DNA of 64,000 bases from Chiloscyllium plagiosum. Its lineage: Eukaryota. This document shows positions 38,444-51,441 of this stretch, piece after piece. Location: positions 38,277,250-38,341,249 of the forward strand of contig NC_057716.1 of assembly GCF_004010195.1 (NCBI RefSeq). Reading direction: 5' to 3'. Positions within the stretch are counted from its first letter, which is position 1; each line of letters starts with the position of its first letter. The position numbers were made by a program, and so were the translations under genes. A model generated the notes under the pieces. It saw only the letters and a list, made by a program, of their open reading frames with translations. It searched no databases and was not told where the DNA came from.

Positions 38444-38890
38444 CTGATGAAGAGTCATTAGGTTAGATTAGATTACATTAGAGTGTGGAAACAGGCCCTT
38501 CAGCCCAACAAGTCCACACCGACCCGCCGAAGCGTAACCCACCCATACCCCTACATTTACCCCTTACCTAACACTACGGGCAATTTAGCATGGCCAATTC
38601 ACCTGACCTGCACATCTTTGGACTGTGGGAGGAAACCGGAGCACCCTGAGGAAACCCACGCGGACACGGGGAGAACATGCAAACTCCACACAGTCAGTCG
38701 TCCGAGGCGGGAATTGAACCCGGGTCTCTGGTGCTGTGAGGCAGCAGTGCTAACCACTGTGCCACTGTGCTGCCCATCTAGACTTCAAAATGTTAGCTTG
38801 CTCTCTGTCCATGGATGCTGCCTGACTAGCGGTGATCTCCAGCATTTGTTGTTTTCTGCACAGATTCCAGCATCTGTCGTAATTTACTCC
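38444..38890 (+). mobile_element. PLE-derived hammerhead-bearing element interrupted by an HE1 SINE
   Basis: CTGATGAAGAGTCAT at 38445, resuming CATCTAGACTTCAAAATGTTAGC...GATGCTGCCTGAC...GATTCCAGCATCTG after 38775. Confidence 0.6.
38462..38775 (-). mobile_element. HE1-type V-SINE, young full-length copy
   Basis: Reverse complement of 18467-18780. Confidence 0.95.
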
Positions 38891-41699
38891 AATACTCATG
38901 TACTGACCATTCTTGTACCTATTGCGTACCAAATGATTGGGTACGCAAGGTGCATAATTTTGTTATCAGGCAATTTCCCTTATTGTAACAAGTCTTTTTA
39001 TTCTTGGCTTATCTTTTATTTTCTGCCATTATTAAATGACAATGCTACCAAGGGGGAGTGCATTTTAATAAATTAATCCTACAGTTGCAATATTAGACTA
39101 AAATAAGCCAAATGGCAGAGAGGCAGATTTGGCACTCACTTGAAACTTGAATGTGATAATTCAGGAGAAAATTCTTGTGTTTGTGATCAAATAGTAAAGC
39201 ATGTGCAGAAGAACTGACAACACAACAACATAAACATTTACATACATACAGCTACCAAATCTTACTTTAAAAGTTTGTTAAAACCATTGGAACTAGACTG
39301 TGAATGTGTCTCTTTAACTTTGAGCAATTGGTATTTCTAACATTACAATGGTATACATTTAGCAGACAAAAGGTGTATGGTTCCCTAGTGATTTTTTTGG
39401 TGGAAAGTGGTTTGCTGGAAGAGAGAAATATTTTTTTATATACCTCCTTCTGTTGTTGGAATCTCTAATGGCCTATTGTCAAGCTTAAGATATAACCTGA
39501 AATATTCCACATATCCTGCTATTCCTGCACATGACCATGACAGTCAGGTCTGGATGATTATCAGCTACACATTGTAAGGTATTGAGGGTAGGTACATCTG
39601 GGGATTGGAAACCTTCTGGAACAGATGATGAATGCATGAAAGTTATTTCTATGGCAGCCATATTCCCACAAGTATGGATTATGGAGCTGTAAGTGAGAAA
39701 CTTTCAGGAAGCAGTGTGTAAGAAATGGGATTAACTGCCAAAAGTCCAGTTGCTCAGTCTCTCATTAGGACTAACATACAGGCTCAAAGTTTAACTCATT
39801 CACTGCCGCAAGTTGTCTCTGATATAGCACCATTCCTCTGTCCTCATTCTTGTTATAGCCACATTACGAGTCAATAAAAACTCTTAATCAACACAAAAAA
39901 ATTTATTGATTTACATTTTACAAACTTCATTTTGACTTCAGTAAAATGAGATGCATAAGTGCACTTTATCAAACCAGAAAAGAACAACGTTATCAAACAC
40001 TTTCTTTTTGGGATACAGTAACCTCTCATTTTGTAGTGTTTTCATTTTTGTACCCTTCTAAAATAATTTATTTCAGTGATACATCATGTTAAAAGAATTA
40101 ATCGTGAAGGAGCTATGGCTCAAATTTTGATATTACTCAATTCCGGAATCAGACAGCTGAGGGCTAAGTTAGCTAACAAGTCATATTGACCTTGGCAGTG
40201 AGGCCCTACAATTTTAACTCCTAGGCCTTTTCTGTATGACCTGGTCAACTGCCTAAAATTGATAGGAAGAGGCAGCTGGCTTCTGTACAGCAGCAGATGT
40301 TGGCAAGCAAAAGATCAGTGGTAAGGACTCACATAATAGTCCCCAGCACTTAATTAAATTGAGGGAAAGAATTTTCAGAGGGCTTCATGATTGGAAAAGG
40401 TGGGGAATATTTTGAGGAATTCCTAAAATGTTCTCGTGGGGCTCATTACTCCTCACGATCCACCAGGAAAATTAAGGTACAACTTACTGTTTGTGACCCT
40501 ATATTTTCATGCATAGTTACCATCCTGATCAGTGAGGTTAAGTAGAATTGTAAATACTTGGCCAGGCTACAAAGTGATTAGCAACCAAAGCAACAAGGCA
40601 CATTTATGTAGCACCTTCAATATAATAAAAGGCACTTTTCAGGATATTATAAAAGAATATTTGACACCACATCATATCGGAGCTATTAGGACTGATGAAT
40701 AAATGCTTGGTCAAAATGGTAAATTTAAGGAGAGTTGGAATGGATAGTTTCCCAGAGAGAGGGGAGGAAAGATTTAGGGAGAGAATTCCAGAACTTAGGC
40801 ATCAGACAACTAAAAGTATGGGTGCTAATGGAGGAGTGATTAAAAATTGAGAGTGATCAAAATCAGAGCAACACAAATATCTCAGCTCGGTGGGAGTAAA
40901 GGAAATTATAGAGAAACATAGGATTACAAAGGATATATAGTATAGTATGCGCCATTCAAACCAACCAATCAACTGTCAGCGTTTATGCTCCATTTGAACT
41001 TCCTGTCAACTTTTCATATCTAAATACATCACCCTCACCCTCACCCTCATTTCCCTTTTCACTTATATGGTTGACTATCTTCTCTGTAAACACATCCATT
41101 ATGTTCATTTCATGCACTTTTTATAGTGACAAGTTTCACATTTTAACCATAATTAGGGTAAAGAAGTTTCTCCTGAAATGCTTTTCAGATTTCTTGGTGA
41201 CTATCTTATATTGATGGTTTCCATTTGAGGAAACATTCTCTTTTTATCCACTTTGTATCAGTACCTTTCACAAAGTTAGCAACCTCTATTGGGTCATCTC
41301 TCAGCACTCTTCTTTTCAAAAGAAGAAACCCAGCCCATCAATCCTTGCCTAATCAGCATATCCATGCATTTCTCATACTATCATTGCCAACCTTCTCCGC
41401 ACCCTCTCCAATGCTCCCATATCCTTTTTGTCATATCGTAACTGGAATTGCATTCAGTACTCTAGGTGCAGCCTAACTGAGCTTTGCAGCAAAAAGCATA
41501 ACATCCCTATGCAAGTGTAAGACCATAGTGGGAGTTAAAAACAAGTTGAAGAACTTTTAAAATCAAGGTGTTGTCTAACCATCAGAGTACAAGCTGGTCA
41601 TTTTTCTGATGCCAGGCGAAAAATTAAAAGTTTTCTTGAATTCAGTTCCAACAACTTGCCAAGACGTGAGTTGAACTCATGACCTTCAGCTGGATAATA

Positions 41700-41808
41700 T
41701 TAGATTGGATTAGATTACTTACAGTGTGAAAACAAGCCCTTCGGCCCAACAAGTCCACACCGAAGCGTAACCCACCCAGCCCCATTCTCCTAACACTACG
41801 GGCAATTT
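41700..41808 (-). mobile_element. HE1-type SINE 3' fragment
   Basis: TTAGATTACTTACAGTGTG...GGCCCAACAAGTCCACACCG. Confidence 0.8.
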
Positions 41809-41914
41809 CATAACCCCTAGGTACACTGAATCTGTTTTGCTAGTAGACCATTCACTTTCACAATGCTGTTCATTCCCTGAGGAGCTCTCAGAAGCAACAA
41901 CACATTTTTTTATT

Positions 41915-42247
41915 AAATAGGCAAAGTCTTTTCCCTGGAGTCGGGGAGTCCAGAACTAGAGGGAATAGGTTTAGGGTGAAAGGGGAAAGATATAAAAGAG
42001 ACCTAAGGGGCAACTTTTTCACACAGACGGTGGTACGTGTATGGAATGAGCTGCCAGGGGAAGTGGTGGAGGCTGGTACAATTGCAACATTTCAGAGGCA
42101 TTTGGATGGGTATATGAATAGGAAGGGTTTGGAGGGATATGGGCTGGGTGCTGGCAGGTGGGACAAGATTGGGTTGGGATATCTGGTCAGCATGGACGGT
42201 TGGACCGAAGGGTCTGTTTCTGTGCTGTATATCTCTATGACTCTATG
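41915..42247 (+). mobile_element. Young CR1 3' end
   Basis: ORF 41976 GERYKRDLRGNFFTQTVVRVWNELP; CTATGACTCTATG tail. Confidence 0.9.
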
Positions 42248-42303
42248 GTCACTAAACTTCAAAAGCAAGCCACATGAACTCTCATTGCATTACAAAATTA
42301 CGG

Positions 42304-42421
42304 GGAGAAAGTGAGGATGGCAGATGCTGGAGATCAGAGTCAAAACGTGTGGTCAAAGCAGTCAGTCAGGCAGCATCCAAGAAGTAGGAGAGTCAATGTT
42401 TCAAGCATTTCTTCATCAGGA
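42304..42421 (-). mobile_element. Short PLE-derived element
   Basis: GGAGAAAGTGAGG...GATGCTGGAGATCAGAG...TTCATCAGG, homologous to 12966-13094. Confidence 0.7.
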
Positions 42422-42467
42422 CTGGTCGTGATTCTCCTACTCCATTAAAAAATTGTGCCCATGTAAG

Positions 42468-42743
42468 AGGTGGCCCAGTACTACTACATCACAACACTGG
42501 GGACCTGGGTTCAATTTCACCCTGAGGCATCTGTCTGTGTGAAGTTTGCACATTTTCCTTGTGTCTGTGTGGGTTTCCTCCCACAGTCCAAAAATGTGCA
42601 GGTTAGGTGGATTAGCCATGCTGAATTGCCCATGGTGTTCAGGGACCAGGTGCATTAGTCATGGGAAGTGTAGGCTTACGGGGTAGGTTTGAGTGGGACT
42701 CAATGGTCTGAATGGCCAGCTTCCACGCTATAGGGATTCTATG
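42468..42743 (+). mobile_element. Older HE1-related V-SINE
   Basis: B box GGTTCAATTTC and V-domain recognisable. Confidence 0.7.
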
Positions 42744-43953
42744 AAAAAACATTAGTGTTATATCATTTCATTATGATATTTGGAGCCAGCAACACCTTAT
42801 GTATTTATTTTTCATATAGCTTCTTCCTCCTAACCAGGGCTCATCCTAACCAGGCACCTCTGAGCAGGTATGACTCATAATGCCTTTCAGAATTGGTCCG
42901 ACTCTAAAACAAAATTGTGGATGGTCTCAAATGCCCAGCTCTGCAATGTTGCCAGGAATGTCTGGACAACAGCATTCAGACTCCCAACCCACCCTTTTAC
43001 TAACAGCAGTGAGAACTACCAGTACTTGAAATGGGGGTAGAAATCCCATAAATTTGGTCCCAACTACAATTTTGAAAAACTGCTTGACAAATTGGTCCAG
43101 CATGGGAAAATCTCACACTTTGTGTTGATATTTTATGTAATACTACAGTTCTTTTGCCTGAACCCCTTAAAATCCAGCAATCACAATTTACCTGCATCTA
43201 AGCCAATTCATGCTGTTGCCACTGAGACTTGATGGTGAAAGTGGCATTGTAGCAGCATGACCCATTGCTCAATGATCTGTATGAGAACCAGGAACTAAAA
43301 GTCAAATCAGTCTGGATGAATAATTTCACCTTAACTCTCAGAACTCCAGCTGCAACAATTATCATCAATGCACAATTCTGATTCAACATAACTTGACAAC
43401 AAATTATGCCTTTATGAAGATTTGATTAATGTTTGGTGGAAAGTGTCATCCTATAGTCATGAATGTGAAGTAATTTTATAAGCACTTTCATTTCAGACTA
43501 TATTAGAGGTACTGAGACCAGCTTCACATATTTACACTTCTACCTTTATCAACTATCCATTACATGGATTTTATATGAATTTTTTGAGCACTAAGTTGAT
43601 AATAAGAGTTTTAATTAAAAAATGTGAAAGCAATATTATTTGCATAGTAGATCAATTGATATTTGTCAGCAGTCTTAGAAAAATAGCAATTAAGTCTGGT
43701 TCTTCTTATGATCTTTTTGTAGTAATTAAATCAATTTCTCAGAAGTCGGGGAAAATCCACTTTCCCCCTCTCAAAGCTAATAAATCCAATTGGAGAGGTT
43801 AATTGTTCAAATATTTTATTAAAATAACAAACATAGCATGAATTCCAATCAAAAGATCAGTTCAAACTTCTCTGAGGACAATCTTAGAAAACACTCATGA
43901 TAATGATCCATTAATTTCCTAACAAAAGTATTTAATATCAGATAAATAGATAA

Positions 43954-44773
43954 CAGGAATCCAATTCACGAGAGAAGAAGAAAAGGACAACCAACTCCCA
44001 TTCCTAGATGTGAGGGTACAGAGAACACCGAACGGAGAATTCACTACAATGGTATACAGGAAAGCCACACACACAGACCAAGTTGTCTGTAAGGTATGAT
44101 TCCACAGGTATGACCATGTTCTGGATACTACTATTAACAGAGTATATCCTATCCCACTGGCAAGATAGACCATCTAATAGTGGTATCATTGTACTACAAT
44201 GGCAGGAATGAGTTGCCCTGGGAGTCCTCAACAATGACTCCGTACCCTGTGAAACCTAGTCAGCCTTGGGTATAGGCAACCCCTTGTTTACCACTTTCTT
44301 CAGCCCAACTAATGTAGTGTACAAAATACCATGCAATGACTGCACATAACACTATATAGGACAAACAGGAAGACAGCTAACAATCCGCATACATGAACAT
44401 CAACTAGCCACGAAACGACACGACCAGCTATCCTTAGTAGCCACACACGCAGACAACAAGCAACATGAATTCGACTGGGACAACACTACTATCATAGGGC
44501 AAGCCAGACAGAGAACAGCCAGGGAATTCCTAGAGGCATGGCATTCATCCACAAACTCCATCAACAAACACATCGACCTGGACCCAATATACCAACCACT
44601 ACAGCGGACAGCTGAAACTGACAACCGGAAGCGGCAGGGACAGACCACTATAAACACCGGAGGAAACATCAAAGAAGCGCTTCGCAGGAGGCTCCCAAAC
44701 ACTGATGATGTCGCCTAGCCAGGGGACGAAACGTTTGCAACAAAAACTTCCAACTCGGCGAACAGAACCACAG
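43954..44773 (+). mobile_element. Penelope/Poseidon-type PLE, truncated and chimeric (RT piece, foreign segment, GIY-YIG endonuclease, 3' end)
   Basis: GIQFTREEEKDNQLPFLDV...VYRKATHTDQ; NVVYKIPCNDC..YIGQTGRQL..RIHEH (GIY-YIG); 15-bp TSD CAGATAAATAGATAA at 43939-43953 and 44774-44788. Confidence 0.9.
44702..44735 (+). ncRNA. Minimal type I hammerhead ribozyme motif in the PLE terminus
   Basis: CTGATGA-T-GTCGCCT-AGCC-AGGGGAC-GAAA-CGTT: conserved core boxes around stem II, palindromic stem III. Confidence 0.65.
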
Positions 44774-45924
44774 CAGATAAATAGATAAATACAAGCTGTC
44801 CCTACATGTTGCAGTAAAGTTTGTGAACTTTGTCAGTCAATTGAAGAATCCATCCAGTCAGACTGTATCATTGAAATGATGGATAAATATTATTTAACTT
44901 CATTGTACTAGCTCATTTTATTGACGGATCTATATTAATTATTTGATGGAGATAGATCTTCCAAAAGTTAAAAATATAGCTAGAAATGTTTAAACTTCTC
45001 ACCAAGATAAATTACAACATTGTGGTGACATATCAAGAAATTGCCCCATTACCACTGAGATCAATGCACTGGTCATTATATTTGCTAATGAGATTCACTA
45101 CCATGTTTGTTGTAGTGTATTCTCATTAGAAATGCGGAAGGTTAGCAATGACAAGACTGCCATGCTCAACAGTAACATTCATATTGCTTCCACCAGCCTT
45201 GCTGGCATATCTGGGCCATTCATATATGTCACTTGAATTTAAGAATAACTACTCACTCTCATTAGCATGATGGTAGTACCTCTATAAACTGAGTGCACAA
45301 AAAAAGCTAAATGATTTAGTCTGAAGTAGTACACTTTGAATTGACACTTTCAGTTATAGACAGTAAAACATTGGGTATAATTTGCATCAATATTTATAAA
45401 TGTATTGAAAATGTCAAGTAACCATGTTACTTAGCACAAAAGAATTTTCAGAAATACAAGATTGAATTTGCACGTTAAGATTGTTGAATGAAAACAGAAA
45501 TCAATTTGCTGGTGCCAAAAGTATTTTATGACTACTTCATCAGAGCTCTATAATCTTTAACTAATCTTATATCAAGCATTCAAGCAAAATCAAGATCCTG
45601 AACCAAAGACCTCTGAGGCTAAACTGTTTTTCTTAAATTAACAAAGCCTATTGATTGATGTAACTGCAAATGTTAGATGTATAATTCAGCATATAGTCAC
45701 ATCTGAAGGCTAAATACTCCATCTACAACTGCTAGTGACAATCAGAATTAATGTTTTTCTGTGCTGTTTTACACTTATCCTGCTTAGAATGACAAAAAAA
45801 GAATTACTTTAAATCAGATGAACAGTAAAATTATAAAGTTTGGATTATATTTGTGTGCTACAAATTCATGGGCTGCATTGAATAAATCATTCCCACGTCA
45901 GTGACCACCTTATCACAATTTTGT

Positions 45925-46395
45925 TCATTTATTCACAGGATGTGGGTGTTGCTAGCTGGGCCAGCATTTATTGTCCATCTGAAATTGTCCTAGAAAATGT
46001 GGTAGTGAGCTGATGTCTGGTGCCACTGCAGTTCTTGGAGGTGAAGGGCTACTCACACTGTTGTTAAGTAGGAATTTCAAGATTACTTTCCAAGCTACAA
46101 CGAACTGTATATTTGTAAATCAGAGTAATATGTGGCTTGGAGGGAAATTCATAGGTGGTGATGTTTCCATGTATTTGTTGATCTTGTTGTTCTCAGTAGT
46201 AGCAATCATGGATATGGAAGGTGTTGTCAAAGGAGCCTTGATGAATTCCTGCAGTTCATCTGGAGATGGTGCACATTACTGCCACTGCTTATTTGGTGAA
46301 GGGAGTCAACGTTGATGGTGTTTGATGAGGTGCTGAACAAAGAGCTGCATTGCCCAGATAGTTCCACCTTTTTGACCATTGATTGAATGTGGCAG
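45925..46395 (-). mobile_element. Old LINE 3' end (same family as 2705-4560)
   Basis: GGATGTGGGTGTTGCTAGCTGGGCCAGCATTTATTG tail motif. Confidence 0.65.
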
Positions 46396-46408
46396 AAATC
46401 AATTAGAG

Positions 46409-46635
46409 CTAAAAATGTGTTGCTGGAAAAGCGCAGCAGGTCAGGCAGCATCCAAGGAGCAGGAGAATCGACGTTTCGGGCAAGAGCCCTTCCTCAGGAA
46501 TCAGGATTCCTGAGGAAGGGCTCATGCCCGGAACGTCGATTCTCCTGCTCCTTGGATGCTGTGTGACCAGCTGCGCTTTTCCAGCAACACATTTTCAGCT
46601 CTGATCGCCAGCATCTGCAGTCCTCACTTTCTCCT
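46409..46635. mobile_element. Fold-back (head-to-head) short PLE-derived element
   Basis: ~97-bp inverted arms around a CAGG loop (46502-46505); 15-bp TSD AGAAATCAATTAGAG at 46394-46408 and 46636-46650. Confidence 0.9.
46470..46497 (-). ncRNA. Minimal hammerhead ribozyme core (host-gene sense strand)
   Basis: Reverse strand CTGAGGA-A-GGGC-TCTT-GCCC-GAAA-CGTC. Confidence 0.6.
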
Positions 46636-46787
46636 AGAAATCAATTAGAGACAATTTTAATCCTTTACAGCTTGGGCACTGATGCTCTCACTGATGCACT
46701 CAGAAGGGAGTGCATCACACTATTTTGTTCCCTTTGAGAGACAGAATTTCTGAGAAGCCTACTTGAAATCAGTTCTGAATATAATAA

Positions 46788-49780
46788 ACATAGAACATGG
46801 AACAAAACAGCACAGTACAAGCCCTTTAACCCTCGATGCTGCACCGACCTGTGAAACCAATCTGAAGCCCATCTAACCTACACTATTCCATTTTCATTCA
46901 TATGTTTATCCAATGATCATTTAAATGCCCTTGAAGTTGGTGAGTCCAATACTGTTGCAGGCAGGGCTTTCCATGCCCCTACTACTCTCTGAGTAAAGAA
47001 ACTACCTTTGACACCTGTTCTATATCTATCCCCCCGCAATTTAAAGCTATGTCCCCTCATGCTAGCCATCACCATCCAAGGAATAAGGCTCTCACTGTTG
47101 ACCCTATCTAACCCTCTGATCATCTTGTATGTCTCTATTAAGTCACCTCTCAACCTTTTTGTCTCTAATGAAAACAGCCTCAAGTCCCTCAGCCTTTCCT
47201 CATAAGACCTTCCCTCCATACCAGGTAACATACTGGTAAATCTCCACTGCAACCTTTCCAATGCTTACACATCTTCCTATAATGCGGCAACCACAACTGT
47301 ACGCAATACACCAAGTGTGGCCGCACCAGAGTTTTGCACAGCTGCAACACGATCTCATGGCTCCAAAACTCAATACCTCTACCAATAAAAGCTGACACAC
47401 CATATGCCTTCTTAACAACCCTATAAACTTAGGTAGCAACTTTCAGGGATCGATGTACATGTACACCAATATCTCTCTGCTCATCCACACTACCAAGAAT
47501 CTTACCATTAGCCCAGTACTCTGTATTCCTGTTACTCATTCCAAAGTGAATCACCTCACACTTTTCCGCATTAAATGCCATTTGCCACCCAGCACTGCAG
47601 CTTATCTATGTCCCTCTGTAACCTGCAACATCCTTCAGCACTGTCCACATCTCCACCAACCTTAGTGTCATCCGCAAATTTACTAATCCATCCTTCTATT
47701 CCCTCATCCAGGTCATTTATAAAAATGACAAACAGCAGTGGCCCCAAAACAGACTCTTGTGGTACACCACTAGTAACTGAACTCCAGGATGAACATTTCT
47801 CATCAACCACCACATTTTGTCTTCTTTCAGCAAGCCAATTTCTGACCCAAACTGCTAAATCACCCTCAATCCCATGCCTCCTTATTTTGTGCAATAGGCT
47901 ACTCTGGGGAACCTTATCAAATGCTTTACTGAAGTTCATACAGAGCACATCAACCGCTTTACCCTCATCAACCTGTTTGGTCACCATCTCAAGGACTCAA
48001 TAAGGTTTGTGAGGCACGACCTACCCTTCACAAAACTGTGTTGACCATCTCGAATCAAATTATTTCTTTCTAGTTGATTATAAATCCTATCTCTTATAAT
48101 CCTTTCCAACACTTCACCCACAACTGAAGTAAGGCTCAGAGGTCTATAATTTCCAAGGTTGTCTCTACTCCCCTTCTTGAACAAGGGGACAACGTTTGCT
48201 ATCTTCCAGTCTTCTGGCACTCTTCCAGTAGACAATGACGACATAAAGATCCAAGCCAAAGATTGTGCAGTCTCCTCCCTGACTTCCCAGAGGATCCTCG
48301 GATAAATCCCATTTGGCCAAGGGGACTTATCTTTTTTTACACTTTCCAGAAATACTACCAACTCCTCCTTGTGAACCTCAATCCCATCTAGTCTAGTAAC
48401 CTGTATCTCAGTATTCTCCTCAACAACATTGTATTTTTCCAGTGTGAATACTGTCAAAAAATATTCATTTAGCGTCTCTCTTATCTCCTTGGTCTCCACT
48501 CACAACTTCCCACTACTATCCTTTACTGGCCCTAATCTTACTTTAGTCATTCTTTTATTCCTGACATACTTATAGAAAGCTTTAGAGTTTTTCTTGATCT
48601 TATCTGCCAACAACTTCTCCTGGCTCTTCTTAGCTCTCGCTTTAGGTCTTTCCTGGCTAGCTTGTAACTCTCAAGTGCTCTAACTGAGCCTTGATATCTC
48701 ATCCTAACATAAGGATGAGATATCAAGAAGCCTTCTTCTTCCTCTTGACAAGAGATTCAACTTCGTTATTAAACCACGGTTCCCTCGTTTGACTTCCTCC
48801 CTACCTGACAGGTATATACTTATCAAGGACATATAGTAGCAGTTCCTTGAATAAGCTCCATATTTCAATTGTGCCCATCCCCTGTAGTTTCCTTCCCCTT
48901 CCTATGCATCCTAAATCTTGCCTACTCGCATTACAATTGCCTTCCCCCAGCTATAAATCTTGCCCTGCCATATATACCTATCCCTTTCCATCGTTAAACC
49001 GAATTGTGATCACTATCACCAAAGTGCTCACCTACCTCCAAATCTTACACCTTCCTTACCAAGTACCAAATCCAGGCCTCACCTCTTGTTGGCCTATCGA
49101 CACACTATGTCAGAAGTCCTCCTGGACACATTGGACAAAACTGACCCATCTAAAGTACTTAAAATATAACGTTTCCAGTCAATATTTGGAAATTTAAAGT
49201 ACTCCATAACAACTACCCTGTCACTTTCACTCCTATCCAAAATCATCTTTGCAATCCTTTCCTCTACATTTCTGGAACTTTTCGGAGGCCTTTAGAAAAC
49301 TCCCAACAAGGTGACCTCTCCTTTCTTGCTTCTAACCTCAGCCCATACTACCTCAGTAGATGAATCCTCATCAAGCTTTCTGCCACTGAAGTACTGTTCT
49401 TGTCTAACAATGCCTCACCTACCCCTCTTTTATTACCTTCCCTGTTCTTACCCCGGAACCTGCAACAACCATTCCTGCCCCTGCTCGATCAATGTATCTG
49501 AAATAGCCATAATTTTGAAGTCCCAGGTACCAAACCATGCTGCAAGTTCACCCACCTTATTCCTGATGCAGCTGGCATTGAAGTAGACACACTTGAAAGC
49601 ACCTTCCTGCCTGCCAGTACTCTCTTGCAACCTTGAAACCTTATTTATGACCTCACTACTCTCAACCTCCTGTGGACTGGAGCTACAATTTAGTTTCCCA
49701 TTCCCCTGCTGAATTAGTTTAAACCCTCCCGAACACCATTAGCAAATGACCCCATCAGGTTATTGGTACCCTCTCACTCC
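46788..49780 (-). mobile_element. Near-complete CR1 ORF2 (APE endonuclease and RT), frameshifted
   Basis: CVYFNASCIRNK (EN start), [46 protein letters not shown]; CATAGAA tail. Confidence 0.95.
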
Positions 49781-49845
49781 AACCCCAGAAAAAAGGATGG
49801 TGGTAGAAATCATCATTTACAGTTTGGTATATTGTGTTGCTTGTC

Positions 49846-50030
49846 AAAAGTGAGTACTGCAGATGCTGGAGATCAGAGTCGAGAGTGTGGTGCTGGAAAA
49901 GTACAGCAGGTCAGGCAGCATCTGAGGCGGCATCTGACATTCCTGATGAAGGGCTTATGCCCAAAATATCGATTCTCCTGCTCCTCAGATGCTGCCTGAC
50001 CTGCTGTGCTTTTCCAGCACCATACTCTCG
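49846..50030. mobile_element. Fold-back short PLE-derived element
   Basis: Inverted arms; TSD ATATTGTGTT(G/T)CTTGTC at 49829-49845 and 50031-50047. Confidence 0.85.
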
Positions 50031-51441
50031 ATATTGTGTTTCTTGTCTGTCAATTATTTTTCCAAGAACTTTTTACAAAGTTTATTTCTGAATGTTCAAA
50101 AGCAACATAAAACTGAAGAATCTTAATGCTCGTCATCATGTCTCCCTTTTCAACATCATTAAGCATGTTAACTTTGGATTTTGCAGAAGTACATATTTTC
50201 AAAGTGAGTAAGCTTAAATAAATAACATGAAGTTTTATTTTTTAAATATCTGACTCTGGTGAGTTAATTTTTTAAAAAGGCACAATCTCTTTAAGCTTAT
50301 AGCCTCAGCCAAAATACCACTCACCAATTCATAATCCTTCATTTAGTCTCTATGTGCCTTCTGGTAACATTTCCCTTAAAAGTAAACATTATTTATTCAG
50401 TAATTTAACATAAAAGGTAACTTATCATCTTTCACTTTCTGTTCAACAAATTCCATAAGCTCTGGAGGCAAATTGTGTCCCAGTGTTACATATTGCTCTT
50501 TTCAGAATTTCTTGCACAACAAACAGAACTTGCTGAGTTAATTGCTGTAGTTCTCAAATCTTTTACTTTTCTGATAAAAGTGAAATTTCAATAACAGTCT
50601 GTCACTATGAGAAGCTATTCTTGATTGTGTGTGAATAAATCAACTCTCACAATATGCCACTATCTGGGTGGTACTTCAATAGCTATCATTTTCTGCTGTT
50701 TGCTTAAGTACTTCTGGCATACTTTGCATGTAAATATCATTGTTTTGAGGTTTTTGCAGATTCCTGTCCACTACACAATGAATCTGCCTCTGAACTCTCA
50801 TTCTCCACTTCCATATGGCCATCATGTCGCTTCAAGAGAAGTTGTCCCTGCACTAGTTTGAGTATGGTAAGTCTGAATCCAGCCATCAGATCATCATCTT
50901 CCAATAAGATGTCACCTCTAATTGATCAAAGCAACCATATTAATGTTTTTTTTTTCGTAATTTATCAGGCCACCCCTGGATCGCTTACTGAAAAAACACT
51001 TCTAAATACTGATCTCCTCCCTGTTTTAATGTTGCATGTTCACTAGGTGATGAACCTTTACACTTAGATCTTTTACACATCTTTCTCATGTGATGACAAT
51101 TGAAACAAGGCATCTTCTAGCACAATTTCTCTTCCTTGTATTTCAGAGTGAAATCATAGCTCCAAGCCTCTACAATCTCGCAAGGCTATTTCTCTTGGGA
51201 ATCTGCTGATCACTCATTGTTATGAAGTTTCTCACTGGGATAAACGTATGGAATTTCTCTTGTCATACACAACATGGGAAACCTTTTTTTATACTAGCAT
51301 ACTTGGTCTTAGCTGATTTCGAGCTATTGACGTGAACGACTGGCTTTCCATCTTGTACCCAGTCCTCTACGATTTAAACAGAGTCAGATTTGGGAGGAGA
51401 AAAATAAATCCAAAGAGTAGCTGGCCTTCTTTTAGCAGGAA

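Noticed and set aside
38483-39076. 197-aa ORF and similar ORFs at 2132, 18463, 18537 and 25310
   Set aside because: Antisense reading frames of HE1 SINEs
40140-40280. Faint resemblance to an LF-SINE-like ancient repeat
   Set aside because: Similarity too short and degenerate to support without alignment
43198-43389. LSNG peptide reminiscent of ZNF804A exon 1 (HLSNGHFRN)
   Set aside because: Only four residues match; the flanking sequence does not resemble exon 1
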